Source: Vicugna vicugna | Lineage: Eukaryota | DNA: 30,310 nt | Assembly (NCBI GenBank): GCA_013265495.1 | Contig: MU057700.1 | Span: forward strand, 558,001-588,310 | Reading direction: 5' to 3' | Shown: one piece after another, positions 12,405-24,353 of the stretch | Layout of the letters: every line of letters starts with the position of its first letter | Position numbering within the stretch: position 1 is the first letter of the stretch | Notes under the pieces: model-generated | Database searches by the model: none | The model's input: only the letters and a program-made list of their open reading frames with translations | Told to the model about the DNA's origin: nothing | Program-made: the position numbers and the translations under genes

Positions 12405-12453
<49 letters not shown>
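12405..12453. repeat. Compound (AC)n(GC)n(AC)n microsatellite
   Basis: acacacacgcgcgcacacac...; alternating purine-pyrimidine tract. Confidence 0.97.
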
Positions 12454-12455
<2 letters not shown>

Positions 12456-12974
12456 AATATTACTCAGCCATAAAAAAGAATGAAATAATGCCATTTGTAG
12501 CAACACAGAAGGACCTACAGATTATCATACTAAGCGAAGGAAGTCAGACAGAAAGACACATATCATATGACATCACTTATATGTGGAATCTGAAAAAAAT
12601 GATAGAAATGAACTTATTTACAAAATAGAATAGACTCACAGAGATAGAGAACAAACAAATTTCTGGTTACCAAACGGGAAAACCAAGGAGTGGGGAGGGA
12701 TAAATTAGGAGTTTGGTATTAATATACACTCACTACTATATATAAAATAGATAAACAACAAGTACCTGCTGTATAGCACAGAGAACTATATTCAATATCT
12801 TATAATAAACTATAATGGAAAAAGAATCTGAAAAAGAACATATAAAAACTGAATTACTTTGCTGAAAACCTGAAACTAACACAACACTGTCAATTAACTA
12901 CACTTCAATAAAAAATGGTTAACAAAAAAACATTAAAGATGTCAGTAAATTTATTTTTACCATGTGGGGATGAC

Positions 12975-14399
12975 CAAACCTGCAAGACTCTCACCTCCTG
13001 ATTTGAAAACTTACTCTAAAGCTAAAATAATCAAAACAATGTGGTACTGGCATAAAGATAAACATATAAATCTATGGATTTGAATTCAGAGTCTAAAAGT
13101 AAACCCAGATATCTATGGTCAAATGGTGCCAAGTCCATTCAAACAGTGGAAAGAATAATATTTTCAACAAATGATGCTGGGACAACTGGATAGCCACTTG
13201 TGAAAGAATCAGATTGGACCCTTACCTCACACCATTTATGAAAATTAACTCAATAAGTAGCAAGGACATAAATGTAAGAGCTAAAACTATAAACCCTTAG
13301 AAGAAAACAAGGAACAAATCTTCATCACTTTGGATTTGGTACCAACTTCTTAGATATGAAATAAAAAAACATAAGCAACAAAAGAAAAGATAGATAATTT
13401 GGAATTGATTCAGTTTTAAAACCCTCCATACATCAAAGGAAACCATCAAGAAAGTAAAAAGACACCCACAGAATGAGAGAAATAATTTCAAAATATATAT
13501 CTGGTATTCAGAATATATAAAGAACTAAAACTCAACAACAAAAGGACTAACAGCCTAATTTTTAAAATGGGCAAAGGACTTGAATAGACTTATCTGCAAG
13601 GAAGATATACAAATAGCCAACAAGAACATGAAAGGACACTCAACATCATTAGCCATTAAGGAAACGCAAATCAAAACCACAATGGGATATTCCTTCACAT
13701 ACGTTAGGATGACTGTAATGAAAAATAAATGGGAAATAACAAGTGTTGTTGAGGATGTGGAGAAACTGAAATCTTCAAACACCGCATCTGGGAATGTAAA
13801 ATGGTGCAGCTACTGTCGAAAACAGTTTGATGATTCTTCAGTAAATTAAACTTAAAATTGCCACATGACTCAGCAATTCCACCCCAGGTAAACACCCAAG
13901 CAAACTGAAAGTTTATGTCTACACAAAAATTTTTACACAAATGTTTGTGGTGACATTGTTCATAATAGCCCATATGTCCGTCAGGTGATGAATGGATAAA
14001 CAAATGTGGTATATTCATATAATGGAATAATATTTAGCCATAAAAAGGAATAAAATATTGATGCATGCTTCAAAATGAATGAACTTGGAAAATATGCTAA
14101 GTGAAATAAGCCAGATATACAAAACCACATATTGTGTGATTCCATCGATATGAAATATCCAGACTAGGCAGATCTATTGAGACAGTAAGCAGAATACTGG
14201 CTTCCAGAGGCTCAGGGGAAGGGTGGTAATCGGGAGTGATTGTTTAATGGTTACAGGGTTTCTTTTGGGGGAGATAAAAATGTTCTGAAACTAGATCATG
14301 GCAATGGCTTCACAGTATTGTGAATGTACTGTAAGCTGCTGAGTTGTCCTCTTTAAAATGGTGACTTTCACATCATGTGAATTTTACCTCAATAAAAAA
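12975..14399 (+). mobile_element. L1MB-type LINE-1, right part (ORF2 3' region, 3'UTR, tail)
   Basis: Continues where 1111-3028 stops (gactctcacctcctgatttgaaaacttac); [13 protein letters not shown]1MB-like 3'UTR ending ttttacctcaataaaaaa. Confidence 0.88.
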
Positions 14400-14959
14400 G
14401 GAGTATTTGATAGAGAAATTCAGAGAGAAAGCCAAGGGAATGCAAAAGAAAAAGATACTGAGAAAAAATGTGTGAAATCTAAATTCTGTTTTCTATATGC
14501 TACAAAGGTTGAGCAAAAGTCAAACTAATAATAAATTGAAATACATGATCCATGGTAAATAGTATTCTAGGAATGACATAAATAAGAGACAGACAAATAG
14601 GAGAGGGATGAAATAGATGATAAACCCTCTAGAGAAGACCTAGAATGTCAAATCTAGAATGTAGAGGCCTCCCAAGCATCCCTCAGCATGAAAAGGTAAC
14701 TCAAGTTCACAGTCAGAACAGCTCAGGTCAAAGGCTATTTTTTCCCTCTGGCTCCACCTTCAACCACTTACATGTGGAAACTTGAGCACCACTTCCAATA
14801 CTTCCATGCTGGTTCTGAGAATGCAGCTCTGGAAATTCTTAGAGCCTGTCCGTGCATTCACGGAAATGTACTGTTCAGCCACACCCTTGGCCTTCCCTTT
14901 GTAGCACGTTTCCTAACAGCTGCATCGCTGGAGAGCTCATTTACTCAGGTGATGACGAG

Positions 14960-15170
14960 ACAGCCACTGTTTATAGAAACCTACCAAGCCCTGGGCGTTC
15001 TACATACGCTGCCCGTTTTATCTGCACACACCCTGAGCAGTGGGCATCTCACCCCTTTTCACAGATGAAGTCAAGGCTCAGTGGCTATAAGTGACCCATC
15101 CAAGGGCCCACACTGGCCAAGGGCAGCATCCACAGTCAAGCCCAGGTGGATGTGACTCCTGAGCTCCATG
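14960..15170 (-). mobile_element. MIR SINE
   Basis: ccccttttcacagatgaagtcaaggctcag...ccaagggcccacac...agcccagg...tgactcc resembles the reverse complement of the MIR core. Confidence 0.75.
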
Positions 15171-17464
15171 CCCCTGTGCAGGCCCTGCTCCCATCCTCCC
15201 TACCACCCTGGGCTTGAGAGAGATGCAGGGCTGGTGGGGTGCAGGGAGCCCCCACCTGCTCTGCTCATGCAGGTGCCCCCAGAACACACACAGACTGGCT
15301 TGGGAGAAGGCAGTGCCCACCCTGGCTGTGCCCTCACCTCTCTGTGTGATCCAGAGGGGCTTGGGGCCAGAGGCAAGGGCCCAGATGTGTGCTCAGATGC
15401 TCCACGAGGCCAGAGGAGGGAGCAGGGGCACAGAGGGCTGGCTACCTACCCAGGGATCAGACGGAGAGCACTCAGGGCCCGGACAGGCCCCAGCAGCAGG
15501 AGGCGGTGGCCCACATTTAAGGAGACTATAAGGGAGGAAGGGTGAGTTCCTGACCACCCCCCTCCTTTATTGACCCACCCAGGGAGACACGTGTGCCAGA
15601 GTAGCAGTGTGGGTATTTGTGCACTGAGGCCTGGGAAACTCACATGATCAAAGTGTCTCTGCTCTTGCTTGTTCCCACCAACCACTGGACATGCAGCCAA
15701 CTGTCCAAGTCCCATGCTGGCACGGGGCCAGACACCTGGGGACCTCGGTGTAGAGGATCTTGTCCTGAGCTGGGTCATCCTGTGCCAGCCCTGCCCTCCC
15801 TCCAGCCCTGCTTGGTCCCCTGCACAGGTCGGCAGGGACTCCTGCCCCTGAGCTTTGCTGCAGGTGTTCTGCTGCCCACACCTGTGTCTCTGGCCTGCAA
15901 AGTCACACCCAGTTCAGCCGGGTCCTTTGTGGGTCTTCTCTGATGGCTCAGACAAGGTGAGGAAAGCCTTTCACAGGGTCCCATGTCATGTGGCCTATGC
16001 CTCCCCATGGGACCACCCTGGATTCTTCAAAGTCAGGCTGTCTTTAAGTCCTGTCTGCAAACGGGAGCCTCCTGGGCAGCCCTGGCAAGCGCCTGGCCTG
16101 CTGTGGGAAGCGGGGTCTGTGGGCACGGACAGCACCAGGACAGGCTGGGGAATCCTAGCTCACCTGCCTTGGAGGGAAACTGCCTGGCCAGCCTGCTGTC
16201 TCTGGATTCCATACTCTCTGAAAAACTGAGTCACAGCTTGGGGCGGCCCAAGCAGGATTGTCCCTGGGCAACTGCAGAGAGGACATTTTTAGGTTCTGGT
16301 GTGTTGTTTCATAAGAAAACATTTTTAGACCAAATTCTTTCTGAGTGGTAACATGTAGCTTCCAGCTAATTATGCAATTAATCAGCAGGAGTGGGTTGGT
16401 GTGAGCGAGCAAGTGAGGAGCACGCAGTGGCACCCCCCAACTGGGACAACACGCAGAAAGGCCACGGCCACATAGCGCAGAGGCCACACTGAGTCCTCCC
16501 TCCCTCAGCCCAGCCGAGCGCTGACTCCTGCAGGGAAACGGGGCGCTCTAGCCAGGGGCTGGAGCCGCGTCCTCACAACTGCAGCTCCCCCAAGAGAAAA
16601 AGAAAGAGAAAGGGACCATCGGGGTGGACAGGGCTGCCCTTCTCCTGGGAAGTAAGATGCTCTGGGCCCTGCAGAAGTCACAAGTCTGGGAGCCAATTTA
16701 CCCCATGGGGGCCTGTGGTGCAGGGGTGCAGCACACAGCTATATTGGAGAGTGGGGCCGAGAGCGTATCAGGCGCACAGCACAGCCTGACTCAGGGCTAC
16801 CTCCTCGTCTGAATTCACACAAAGGCTCCCTAAGAGTCAGGGCAGTTCAGAGTTGTTCCCGGGCAGCCCTGCTGAGCCAAAGTGTGGGTGACTGAGCTGC
16901 AGAGGGCGCGGCCTTTCCTCTGCTGGATTCTAGGAGGAGTCCAGCCACTGGCAGACATGTCACTGCTCCTAGGGACAGCAGCATGTTCTGTCCCAGTGAC
17001 CACAGTGAAGATGAGCCCTCTGACTGGCTGTGGCTGTCACACCTGGTGGGTCTCTGAGGGTTGCCTGCTGTTGTCCCTGCACTGTGAGCACCGTGTGGTT
17101 TCTGCATTCAGACCCTGGAGTTTCTGCCATGGGGCAGGAGATTGCAGTGGGTGATCAGTGTCATTTTTGTCTTTCCCTTTTACTCTCTGCTCCCAAAAAG
17201 AGGTCATTCTGACTTTTCGAAAGGTCTACATTAACAACACTTCACTCAGTCATCAAGGCAGTGGTTTCTGGCAAAGAGAGGTGAAACTGGCCTGGAGACA
17301 CTTCCCACCTCCTCTGATGCAGTAAGGGTTGCATGGAGTTGAGGAAAGCACCTGCTTCCACCATGCTGGCCCTGACAGGAGCCCCACTTCGTCCCTGGCC
17401 CCACCATGTGGCCACAGCATCCCCAAGAGAGGCTCCTGACTCCCCAGATAGTCCCAGAGCCTCC

Positions 17465-17509
17465 TGCCTTGCCCTTTGCCCTTGGCCCTTTGCCCTTTGC
17501 CTTTTGCCC
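17465..17509. repeat. 7-mer tandem repeat (TTGCCCT), about 6 imperfect units
   Basis: tgccttgccctttgcccttggccctttgccctttgccttttgccc. Confidence 0.85.
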
Positions 17510-18394
17510 AGCATCACTCTGCCTGAAAAACTCCTTGACTTTTGTCTTGGTCAACTGCTGGCTTGTAGTGAAGCTTGACCCCAGACTCCAGCCCACCCTG
17601 GAGACACTGCCGACGGCCTTTACACCCTTCATCCGGCCTGGTGGGTGTCTGCTTAGACACCTGTCCCCTCCCTAGAGGGAGCACCTCTGAAACCCGTGTT
17701 GACAGGGTACTGGCATCACTATCACTGGCCCCAAGGGCTCCTCCCGGCACTCCTCCAGGGGGTGATGACCCCTCGGCCCAGCTTGAGCTGGGACCTGCCT
17801 GGCTCTGTTCCCAGCCAGCTGGAGGAGGCAGGCAAGCCTGCCACTCACCACCCACGATGCTACTTCAGCGAGTCCCTGCAGCCTGACCCAAAATAGCCCG
17901 AGCTGGAAAAGCAGAGCGTGACAAGGACAAACACAGCCCAGCTGTGGGGAATGCAGCATCCTCACCTCCTACCTACTTGTTCCAGTTCAGCTCGAGCTGC
18001 ATTTCCTTGGAGAAGTCTCCACTGCCAGCCTCAGCCCTCTAGGTGGGCTCACAAGTGTTTGCCACCCCCACCCCTCCTTCAGGCGGGGAGCGTGTACCCC
18101 TGGGTAGGAGCAGCAAGAGGAGGGTGACGAAGCTCCATGGGGAGGACAGGACAGCAGATGAGAGGTGTCACGGAATTTAAGAAGATGGAAATCTGGAGGA
18201 TGAGTGATACCTGATTTTACAAAGCAGAAAAAACTGAACCTTAGCTACTGCCAATGGGGTGGGGATGGGGGACCGGTAAGTGAGAAGCAAGCCTGGTTGC
18301 TAGGGGGTGGGGGCCCTGGGTGTCAAGGGGGGACTTCGGGCTTGCCTCCCACTGGTCTGTTGTCATCTCCTCCCATTTCCCCTCATTCTCACAT

Positions 18395-18545
18395 TGGCCT
18401 GGAGACACACCAAGCTTACTGTCACCCAGGGCCATGGCGCTTTGTCCCTTCTCCCTGGAAAAACTCTTCCTCTAGACACCTGCAGGGCTCACCCGCACGT
18501 GTCAGGACTCTGAGTGTCTCCTCCTCAGCCAGCTCTGAGAAGATG
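18395..18545 (+). mobile_element. LINE-2 fragment
   Basis: cacaccaagctt...cagggcc...ccctggaaaaactcttcctctagac...ggctcac resembles the L2 3' region. Confidence 0.5.
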
Positions 18546-19418
18546 GAAGTCCTCCCTGAGCTGTCCTCTATTAGTGTCAGTAAGGGTCAGCACAGAGATC
18601 TCGGGGGGCGGTGGGGGGGTTCTAAAAGTTGCTAGGGTGAATAAGACCCGGACTCAGTAACATTTTATCTAAACTGTGACTTCATTCCTGTCACTGACTT
18701 TTTTCTGTATCTCAGCTTTTAATATTACCTAAAGGAAATAACCGCATAGATATTAAATTCTACTTCATGTTTTCAATACTGTATTTAATTCTGTATCCTT
18801 ATGTTTGTTTAAAGGCGAAGTGCAAATACTGTTCCCTTTTTAGCACCTCTACTGTTTTATATTTCACCATCTGTTTCACACACACACACACAAATGCTGT
18901 ACTGATCTGCGGGCTGGCAATTCTCAGTGATCCCGTTCCCTAAACCCTTTGAAAAAGGCTGTTCCAAGGTTAACTTTATGTCTTCAACACTTGATCAAAG
19001 CAACTTTAAAAAAAGCCCAATTACTTGAGCATTGGATCTGGGTTGTGGTTTTTTTTTTTTAATGGTAGAAGTTAGCTATTAGATCAAACTATGCTGTGTT
19101 CCAATACATAGACTCAATCACATGTCTAATACACAAGCCCATGGCATTAAAAAAAAACTACAAATGCTGAAGATCTCAAAATCAAGTTGACTAGGAAGAG
19201 AAGTAGTTGACATCAGGGTAGACTGCTTCCTGCAAGATGTCGGATCAAGAATATTTCTCTCCATCTCTCCTTCCCTCTCTGATCATTCTTTTTAAATTCT
19301 TATACCAGAAAGGCCTTTATGATTCTTTTGTTCACCTTTGACTTTGCCCCGGCCTGGAAAGATAATGTTATTGCTCACATATCTCAGGCCACTATAAAAA
19401 AGGTAATTCAACCTCCAA

Positions 19419-19906
19419 TCAACTGTTGATTTGCCACAATGTGGGGATCCTGTAGTTCTGCCTGTCACAAACTCCTCTTCGATTTCCAATGCCTCTGTTT
19501 CTCTGAAACAAGAGATGAAGACCTCTTGGGAAGTGGAGACACGATTACATGAGATACCTAAATAGGTCAACTGGCTTAAAGAAGTATCTTCAAGGTATCA
19601 ATCGAGGTCAGTGGTTTACAATGTGTGAGACTTAACTTCTTCCGTTGCCTTTTTAAAAAAATTGAGATGGTTCCCATGAAACTTAGTGAGAATTGTTGTC
19701 CTCTTTTCTTCCTTGTTCCTACACCTGTCACTTAACAAAAACTGTCCTCTTGTTTTTATTTTAACATCAAAGTTTTTAAAATTCATTATCCTTGATATTT
19801 TAGGAACACTACAATGTAAACTGGAAAGCAAAATACTTACCTCTGCTACAATATCAAAGAAGCATTTTAATCCAAGCTCCATGAAAAATTCTAACAAGAA
19901 GAGACA
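19419..19906 (-). other. Candidate pair of spliced exons of an unidentified transcript or gene fragment
   Basis: Minus strand: ...tcttgcag|66 nt (19906-19841)|gtaagtat, 338 nt intron, ...tcttgtttcag| exon from 19502; one frame is open to TGA at 19421-19419. Product not recognised. Confidence 0.35.
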
Positions 19907-20099
19907 CTGCAAGATTTTAGAAAAATGAAAAAAATGGACGTTAATAGAAAAAAAAAATCATGAATGTCAAATAATCACTAAAAGGTGGTACTGCTGGTGG
20001 CACGGCTTCTTGACCCAAACATGGAAGTGACAACATGATTGATGGTACTCAACGCTCAAGGAAATATCAGACACAGAGAATTACTTCTATATCATGGGC

Positions 20100-20192
20100 T
20101 TGTGGAGGCAAGGACTGTTGCTCATTTTGAATATTCAGATACTAGCACAGTACTTGGAATAATAGTAGACGTTCAATGAGTATCTGTTGTAT
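20100..20192 (+). mobile_element. LINE-2 3' end
   Basis: ctagcacagtacttggaataatagtagacgttcaatgagtatctgttg. Confidence 0.6.
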
Positions 20193-20374
20193 TGACATAT
20201 TCCTTTTAATGATTAATGTAGTGAATTCTTGGCCATTCATCTAAGATACAATTTTTTGTGGTCAAGTTATTGTTCAAGAGCATTTTGAATCCCACCCCTG
20301 CTCCTCCTTAACATTTAACATTGGAAAAATATGCACATATTTGTTTCTTATTCAGTTCCATCCTCATTGCATCC

Positions 20375-20490
20375 TCAATGCAAGGAATTTCATTTATTTT
20401 GTTCAGTACTGTATCCTCAGTACCTAGAGCGGTGCCTGGAACATTGTAGGTACCAGTAAACATTCATTGCATGACCGGATGAATGAATAG
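20375..20490 (+). mobile_element. LINE-2 3' end
   Basis: tgttcagtactgtatcctcagtacctagagcggtgcctggaacattgtagg...gaatgaat. Confidence 0.75.
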
Positions 20491-20559
20491 AAAAGGATCT
20501 AACTCAGCTGTAAAAGATATTTACTTAGCCATATGTTAAAAAGAAAACATTAATTTAAG

Positions 20560-20855
20560 AAGATATTATGAGATACCTCCATTGGAAGTGTGAGGGTGGG
20601 ATGGGGGAGATTGCAAGCAGAACCAAAGTCTCAGTTTTCTTGGAAGGAAATCCATCGTTTAGTTAGCATCTAAATGGAGAAATCAAGAAATAGTGATGTA
20701 AGCATTTTCCTTAGAATCATGAAAGTAAATACCAGAAGGAAGAGCCAGAAGACCTAAGTGATAGGGCAGGAGCTGCCATTTTTCTTTATAAAGCTTGTAG
20801 TAGGTAAATGTTTTAGACAATATTTACAGATTGCTTGGATGAAGTTTAAAAATTA
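20560..20855 (+). mobile_element. Ancient HAL1/L1ME-like 3' fragment
   Basis: aaatcaagaaatagtgatgtaagcat...aaataccagaagg and gggcaggagctgccatttttctttataaagcttgtag resemble the old eutherian HAL1 3' end as I recall it. Confidence 0.45.
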
Positions 20856-22727
20856 AGTCATCAAAGATAACCTTGCTTTGATGCTTTATAAAATGTCATT
20901 ACATTCACAGATCAGTTTAATTTTGTTAAATCTAGGACTTTTTTTTAGTATTTTCCTTTTTTTTTAGTATATTTCACTTTTTGTTTTGAAATATAGATTC
21001 AAGTGTAGTTCTAATAAATAATACACAGACTTTTAGTACATTTTACCTGGTTTCCTCCAATGATAACATCTTGCAAAACTGTACTACAATCTCACAACCA
21101 AGATATTGACAAATACAGTGGAGAGATGGAACATGTCCATCACAAGGACCCCTCATGTTGCCCTTTTATTGCCACATACTTCCCTCCCAGCCCCCTCAAG
21201 GAGAGGAGTTCCTTGGCCCCTAACCCTACCCTATCCTTAACCCCTGGGAAACACTAATCTGTTCTCCATTTGTATAATTTCAAGAATGTTATGTAAATGG
21301 AATCATGAAGTATGTAACTTTGGCTTTGTTTTTTTTTTTTTTCAGTTGGCATAAATCTCTGGAGAGTCATTCTGGTTTATGCATGGATCAATTATTTGTC
21401 CCTTGTTATTGCTGAGTAATATTCCATGGCATGAACCTGCCATAATGTGTTTAACCAGTCACTCATTGAAAGACATCTGAGGTGTACCCAGTTTTCAGCT
21501 GTTACGTACCTTCTTGTACAGATTTTTGTAGAAACATAAGTTTTTGTTTCTCACATATAAATGTCCAAGAATGCAGTTTGCCGGGTCACAAGGTAGTTGC
21601 ATGTTTCATTTTTAAAGAGACTGACAAGTTGTTTCCCAGAGTAGCTTTACCAGTATACATTCTCACCAGCAATATATGAGTGATCCAGTTTCTCTGCATC
21701 CTTGCCAGCATTTGGGGTTGTCACTATTTTTATTTTAGCCATTCTGATAGGTGTATAGTGGTTTTGTTAATTTCCGTTTCTCTGATGGTCAGTGACGTTG
21801 AACATCTTTTCATGTGCTTATTGACCATATCTTTGGTGAGATGTCTCCTTATATCCGTTGTCCATTTTCTAATTGGATCACTTTTTTCATTGTTACCTTT
21901 TCAGCTTTCTTTGTATATTTTAGACTTTTCCTTTGTCAGATGTGTGGTTTACAAATATATCTTCCAACCTATAGCTTGTCTTCTCATCATCTTAATAGAA
22001 TCTTCCACAGAGCAAAAGATTTTAATTTTGATGAAATCCAATTTATTGCTTTTTCTTACGGATTGTGCTTTTGCTGTCAAGAATACTTTGTCTAATCCTA
22101 GATTCTGAAAATGTTTGCTTATTTTTTTCCAGACGTTTTACATAGTGTCAAGTTTTACATTTCAGTCTGTTATACCTTTTAAGTTAATTTTTTATCAGAT
22201 GTGAGGTTGAGGTTGAGTTTCAGGGTTTTTTAACCAATGAAATATCTGATTTCTCCAGCACTATTTGTTGAATAAGCTATCTTTCCTCCACTAAATTACT
22301 TTTGCACCTTTGTTAAAAAACAGGTGAGCACATTTGGGTGGGTTTATTGCTGGGTTCTATAATCTGTTCCATTCATCTATGTAACTGACCTCTCTACCCA
22401 TAACACAATCTTGATTACTGTAGCTGTATAATGCCTTGAAATCAAGCAGACAAATTCCCCTCATTCCATTCTGTTTCAAAATTGTTTTGGTTACTCTAGT
22501 TCCTTTGCATGTCCATATGAGTTTTAGAATGATCTCAATTTGGGAAGAATTGATAGACATCTTTACCATGTTGAGTCTTCCAGTCCACAAACACAATATG
22601 TATCTCCATGTATTCAGAGCTTCTTTGACTTCTTTCAGCATTGCTTGGTAGTTTTCAGCATTCAAGTACTATAATGTTTTTTTTTTGATTTATACATATT
22701 TATTTCAGTGATTATAAATAGTATTGT

Positions 22728-23395
22728 ATTTTTCCAGTTTTATTGAGGTGTAACTGACAAAATTGTTTGTATTTAGAGTATTCAATATGATTATTTGATA
22801 CATGTATACATTGTGAAGTGGTTACCACAATGAAGTTAATTAACATATCCATTACCTCACACAATACCTTTTTGTGTGTACATGTTAAGAAAGCTTAAAA
22901 ATCTACTCTCAGTAAGTTTAAAGTATACAATGCCATGTTATTAACTGTAGTCAGCCATGCTGCACTTACTCATCTAATAACTGAAAGTTTGTACCCTTTG
23001 ACCAACGTCTGCCTACTTCCTCTCACCCACACCCAAGCCCCTGGAAACCATTATTCCACTCTTTTCTTCCCTGAGTTTAACTTTTTTTTTTAATTCCACA
23101 TATTGGTGACATCATACAGTACTTGTCTTTCTCTGTCTGACTTATTTTACTTAGCATAACGTCTTCTAGATTCATCCATGCTGTTGCAAATGGAGGATTT
23201 CCTTCTTTTTATTGGATAATTATATTTAACGTTTTCTTTATCTATTCACAACACTTAGGTTGTTTCCTTATCTTGGCTATTGTGAGTAATGCTGTATGAA
23301 TGTGGCAGTGGAGATATCTCTTCAAGATATTGATTTCATTCCCTTTAGATATATACCCAGAAGTGGGATTGCTGAATCATATAGTAGGTCTATTT
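22728..23395 (-). mobile_element. L1MA9-like 3' end, 5'-truncated, nested in the older L1
   Basis: ttttattgaggtgtaactgac...gtatacattgtgaag...aaaatctactctc...ctgaaagtttgtaccctttgaccaac...atacccagaagtgggattgctg. Confidence 0.8.
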
Positions 23396-23752
23396 TAAAT
23401 TTAACTTCAGCATTTCTGTGCTCATGCTAATATATAGAAATATATTGATTTTTGTATTGCTCTTTCATCCTGTGACCTTGTCAAACTCACTTATTAGTTC
23501 TCAGGGGGGTTGGTGGGGGGTTTTTTGTAATTTTTTTAGAATTTTCTATGTAGAGAATCATGTCACCTGCAACTGGGGACAATGTTATTTCTTCTTTCCA
23601 GGCTGAACAACTTTTATTTCCTTTTCTTGCCTTATTGCACTGTCTAGAACCTTCAACACAATGTTGTGGCAAGAGTGGGCATTCTTGCCTTTTTCCTGAC
23701 CTTAGAGGGAAAAGCATGGAGTCTCTCATCATTAAATATAATGTTAACTGTA

Positions 23753-24173
23753 CTTAAATTTTGGTTCTTTCAGAAACAAAACATATTTTAAATTTTAATA
23801 CTGAATAGTATAGTTTTTTGTCATCCTAAGAAGGTAGTTACTGTCTATTAAACTTCTGAGAGGGCACATTCTCAAGTTTAAATTGTACCTATTACTTAAA
23901 TTAATGATATGCAACTATTTTCATTATTAATAATACATATAATTAAGAATGTTTTATTCAATGCACACTTCCCAGAGAGGTAGAGACAAAAGAAATCAAT
24001 AAGAACAATGGAAACAATGTAAAAGATTATTGCTACTATTAATTAGAAAATTACTTTGAGAACTTAATGCAGCCTATGCTGACGGTGGATCTGGAGGATG
24101 GCTCTCTTTGCAGCGAGGAACAATCCTAGTTAATGTGAAGAAATGCCCAGTAAGTATATAACACACAAAAAAG
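23753..24173 (+). other. TSD-flanked non-repeat retro-insertion (~420 bp)
   Basis: Perfect 16 bp direct repeat tataatgttaactgta at 23737-23752 and 24174-24189; host L1 continues across it; short A-run at the 3' end. Confidence 0.85.
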
Positions 24174-24353
24174 TATAATGTTAACTGTAGGTTTTTTTGT
24201 AGATGCTCTTTATCAAGTTGAGGAAATTCCCCTTCATTGTTATTTTTTCTGAGAATTTTATCATGAATGGGTGTTGAATTTTTATAAAGTTTTTGTCGTA
24301 AAGTACACATAACCTGAAATTTACCACTTAAAGCATTCTGAAGTGTACATTCA

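Larger units (their letters stand above)
8744..12560 (+). pseudogene. Disrupted L1 ORF2p (endonuclease + reverse transcriptase + Cys-rich domain) of element A
   Basis: ATG 8744; EN motifs NVNGLN, CLQETH, LNIYAPN, GNFNT, DHMLGHK; RT motif decayed to LFADN (10809-10823); CCHC region decayed at ~12130-12185; many stops; end approximate. Confidence 0.92.
3029..12930 (+). mobile_element. Full-length inactive LINE-1 (artiodactyl/camelid-type, element A), ~6.7 kb once the 3194-6425 insertions are removed
   Basis: Starts with L1 5' signature caagatggc (3039-3047); 5'UTR is interrupted at aacca| (3193) and resumes at caatgagatg (6426); then ORF1, long spacer, ORF2, 3'UTR, AATAAA (12907-12912) and A-rich tail. 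Confidence 0.92.
20960..24298 (-). mobile_element. Old L1MC/L1MD-type LINE-1, antisense, interrupted twice
   Basis: 3' end at ~20960-21300 (aacatcttgcaaaactgtactacaatctcacaacc); minus-strand ORF2 remnants ENYQAMLKEVKEALNTWRYILCLW and FPLRSGKRQECPLL; interrupted at ~22728-23395 and 23753-24173. Confidence 0.85.

Noticed and set aside
3029..12930. Active LINE-1
   Set aside because: Both ORFs are broken many times, the RT motif reads FADN, the Cys-rich motif is decayed and the promoter is interrupted by 3.2 kb.
14400..14900. Possible very old L1 fragments
   Set aside because: Resemblance to L1 ORF1 and antisense 3' sequence is too weak to call without an alignment.
14772..18635. Many overlapping 60-140 aa ORFs in GC-rich DNA
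   Set aside because: They occur on both strands and in all frames, are Pro/Gly/Ala/Ser-rich, and show no recognisable domain; expected by chance at high GC.
19833..19842. U1 snRNA pseudogene (ATACTTACCT)
   Set aside because: The match stops after 10 nt; it is better read as a minus-strand splice donor.
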